DNA of 64,000 nucleotides from NCBI RefSeq assembly GCF_055900595.2, contig NZ_CM148325.1; one strand, 5' to 3'. Shown piece by piece: positions 63,824 to 64,000 of this stretch (position 1 is its first letter; each line of letters starts with the position of its first letter). The notes under the pieces were generated by a model. It saw only the letters and a program-made list of their open reading frames with translations, ran no database searches and was not told where the DNA came from. The position numbers and the translations under genes were made by a program.

Positions 63824-64000
63824 GTTTATATCCTTGTCATGTGAATGAGTTTTGAGGATAGCGAAAAAGCGGCCAGGGTAACCTTACAGCAGCATTACAA
63901 TTTTGTAATGAACCAGGCTGTTTCTATAACATATGATTTATGGCATATTATTTTCATGAAGATTTTACTTATTGAAGATAATCAAAGGACCCAGGAGTGG

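Overview
The window reads as an Escherichia coli-type chromosome segment (reverse orientation of the K-12 hiuH-msrPQ-zinT-yodB-serU-mtfA-asnT ... shiA-amn-yeeN-asnW-yeeO-asnU-cbl-nac-asnV-ldtA-cobTSU region), assigned from the translated ORFs and synteny. Its dominant feature is a complete yersiniabactin High-Pathogenicity Island (HPI, about 27.1-58.2 kb) inserted at the 3' end of tRNA-Asn asnT: P4-like int, ybtS, ybtX, ybtQ, ybtP, ybtA, irp2, irp1, ybtU, ybtT, ybtE, fyuA. The island looks immobilised: the int start codon reads ATA, and no second copy of the 17-bp att repeat is visible at the fyuA-distal end, which instead is a very AT-rich tract abutting a decayed yeeJ. Four identical tRNA-Asn genes and one tRNA-Ser are present. 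yeeL is split by an IS1 with no flanking target duplication. Upstream of cobU (1-10.4 kb) lies a degraded accessory region: an IS3 copy about 44 bp short of canonical length, a decayed ISL3-family IS, a ggt C-terminal pseudogene fragment, a truncated phosphotriesterase-like gene, and a CP4-57-like remnant (alpA, a YagK/YfjJ-family gene, a small zinc-ribbon membrane protein). The best candidate for something undescribed is a translationally coupled tandem pair of paralogous 135-aa Cys-rich proteins at 3753-4555; I could not assign them to a known family. No CRISPR array was seen. All family assignments rest on recall of protein sequences and gene order, not on a database search.
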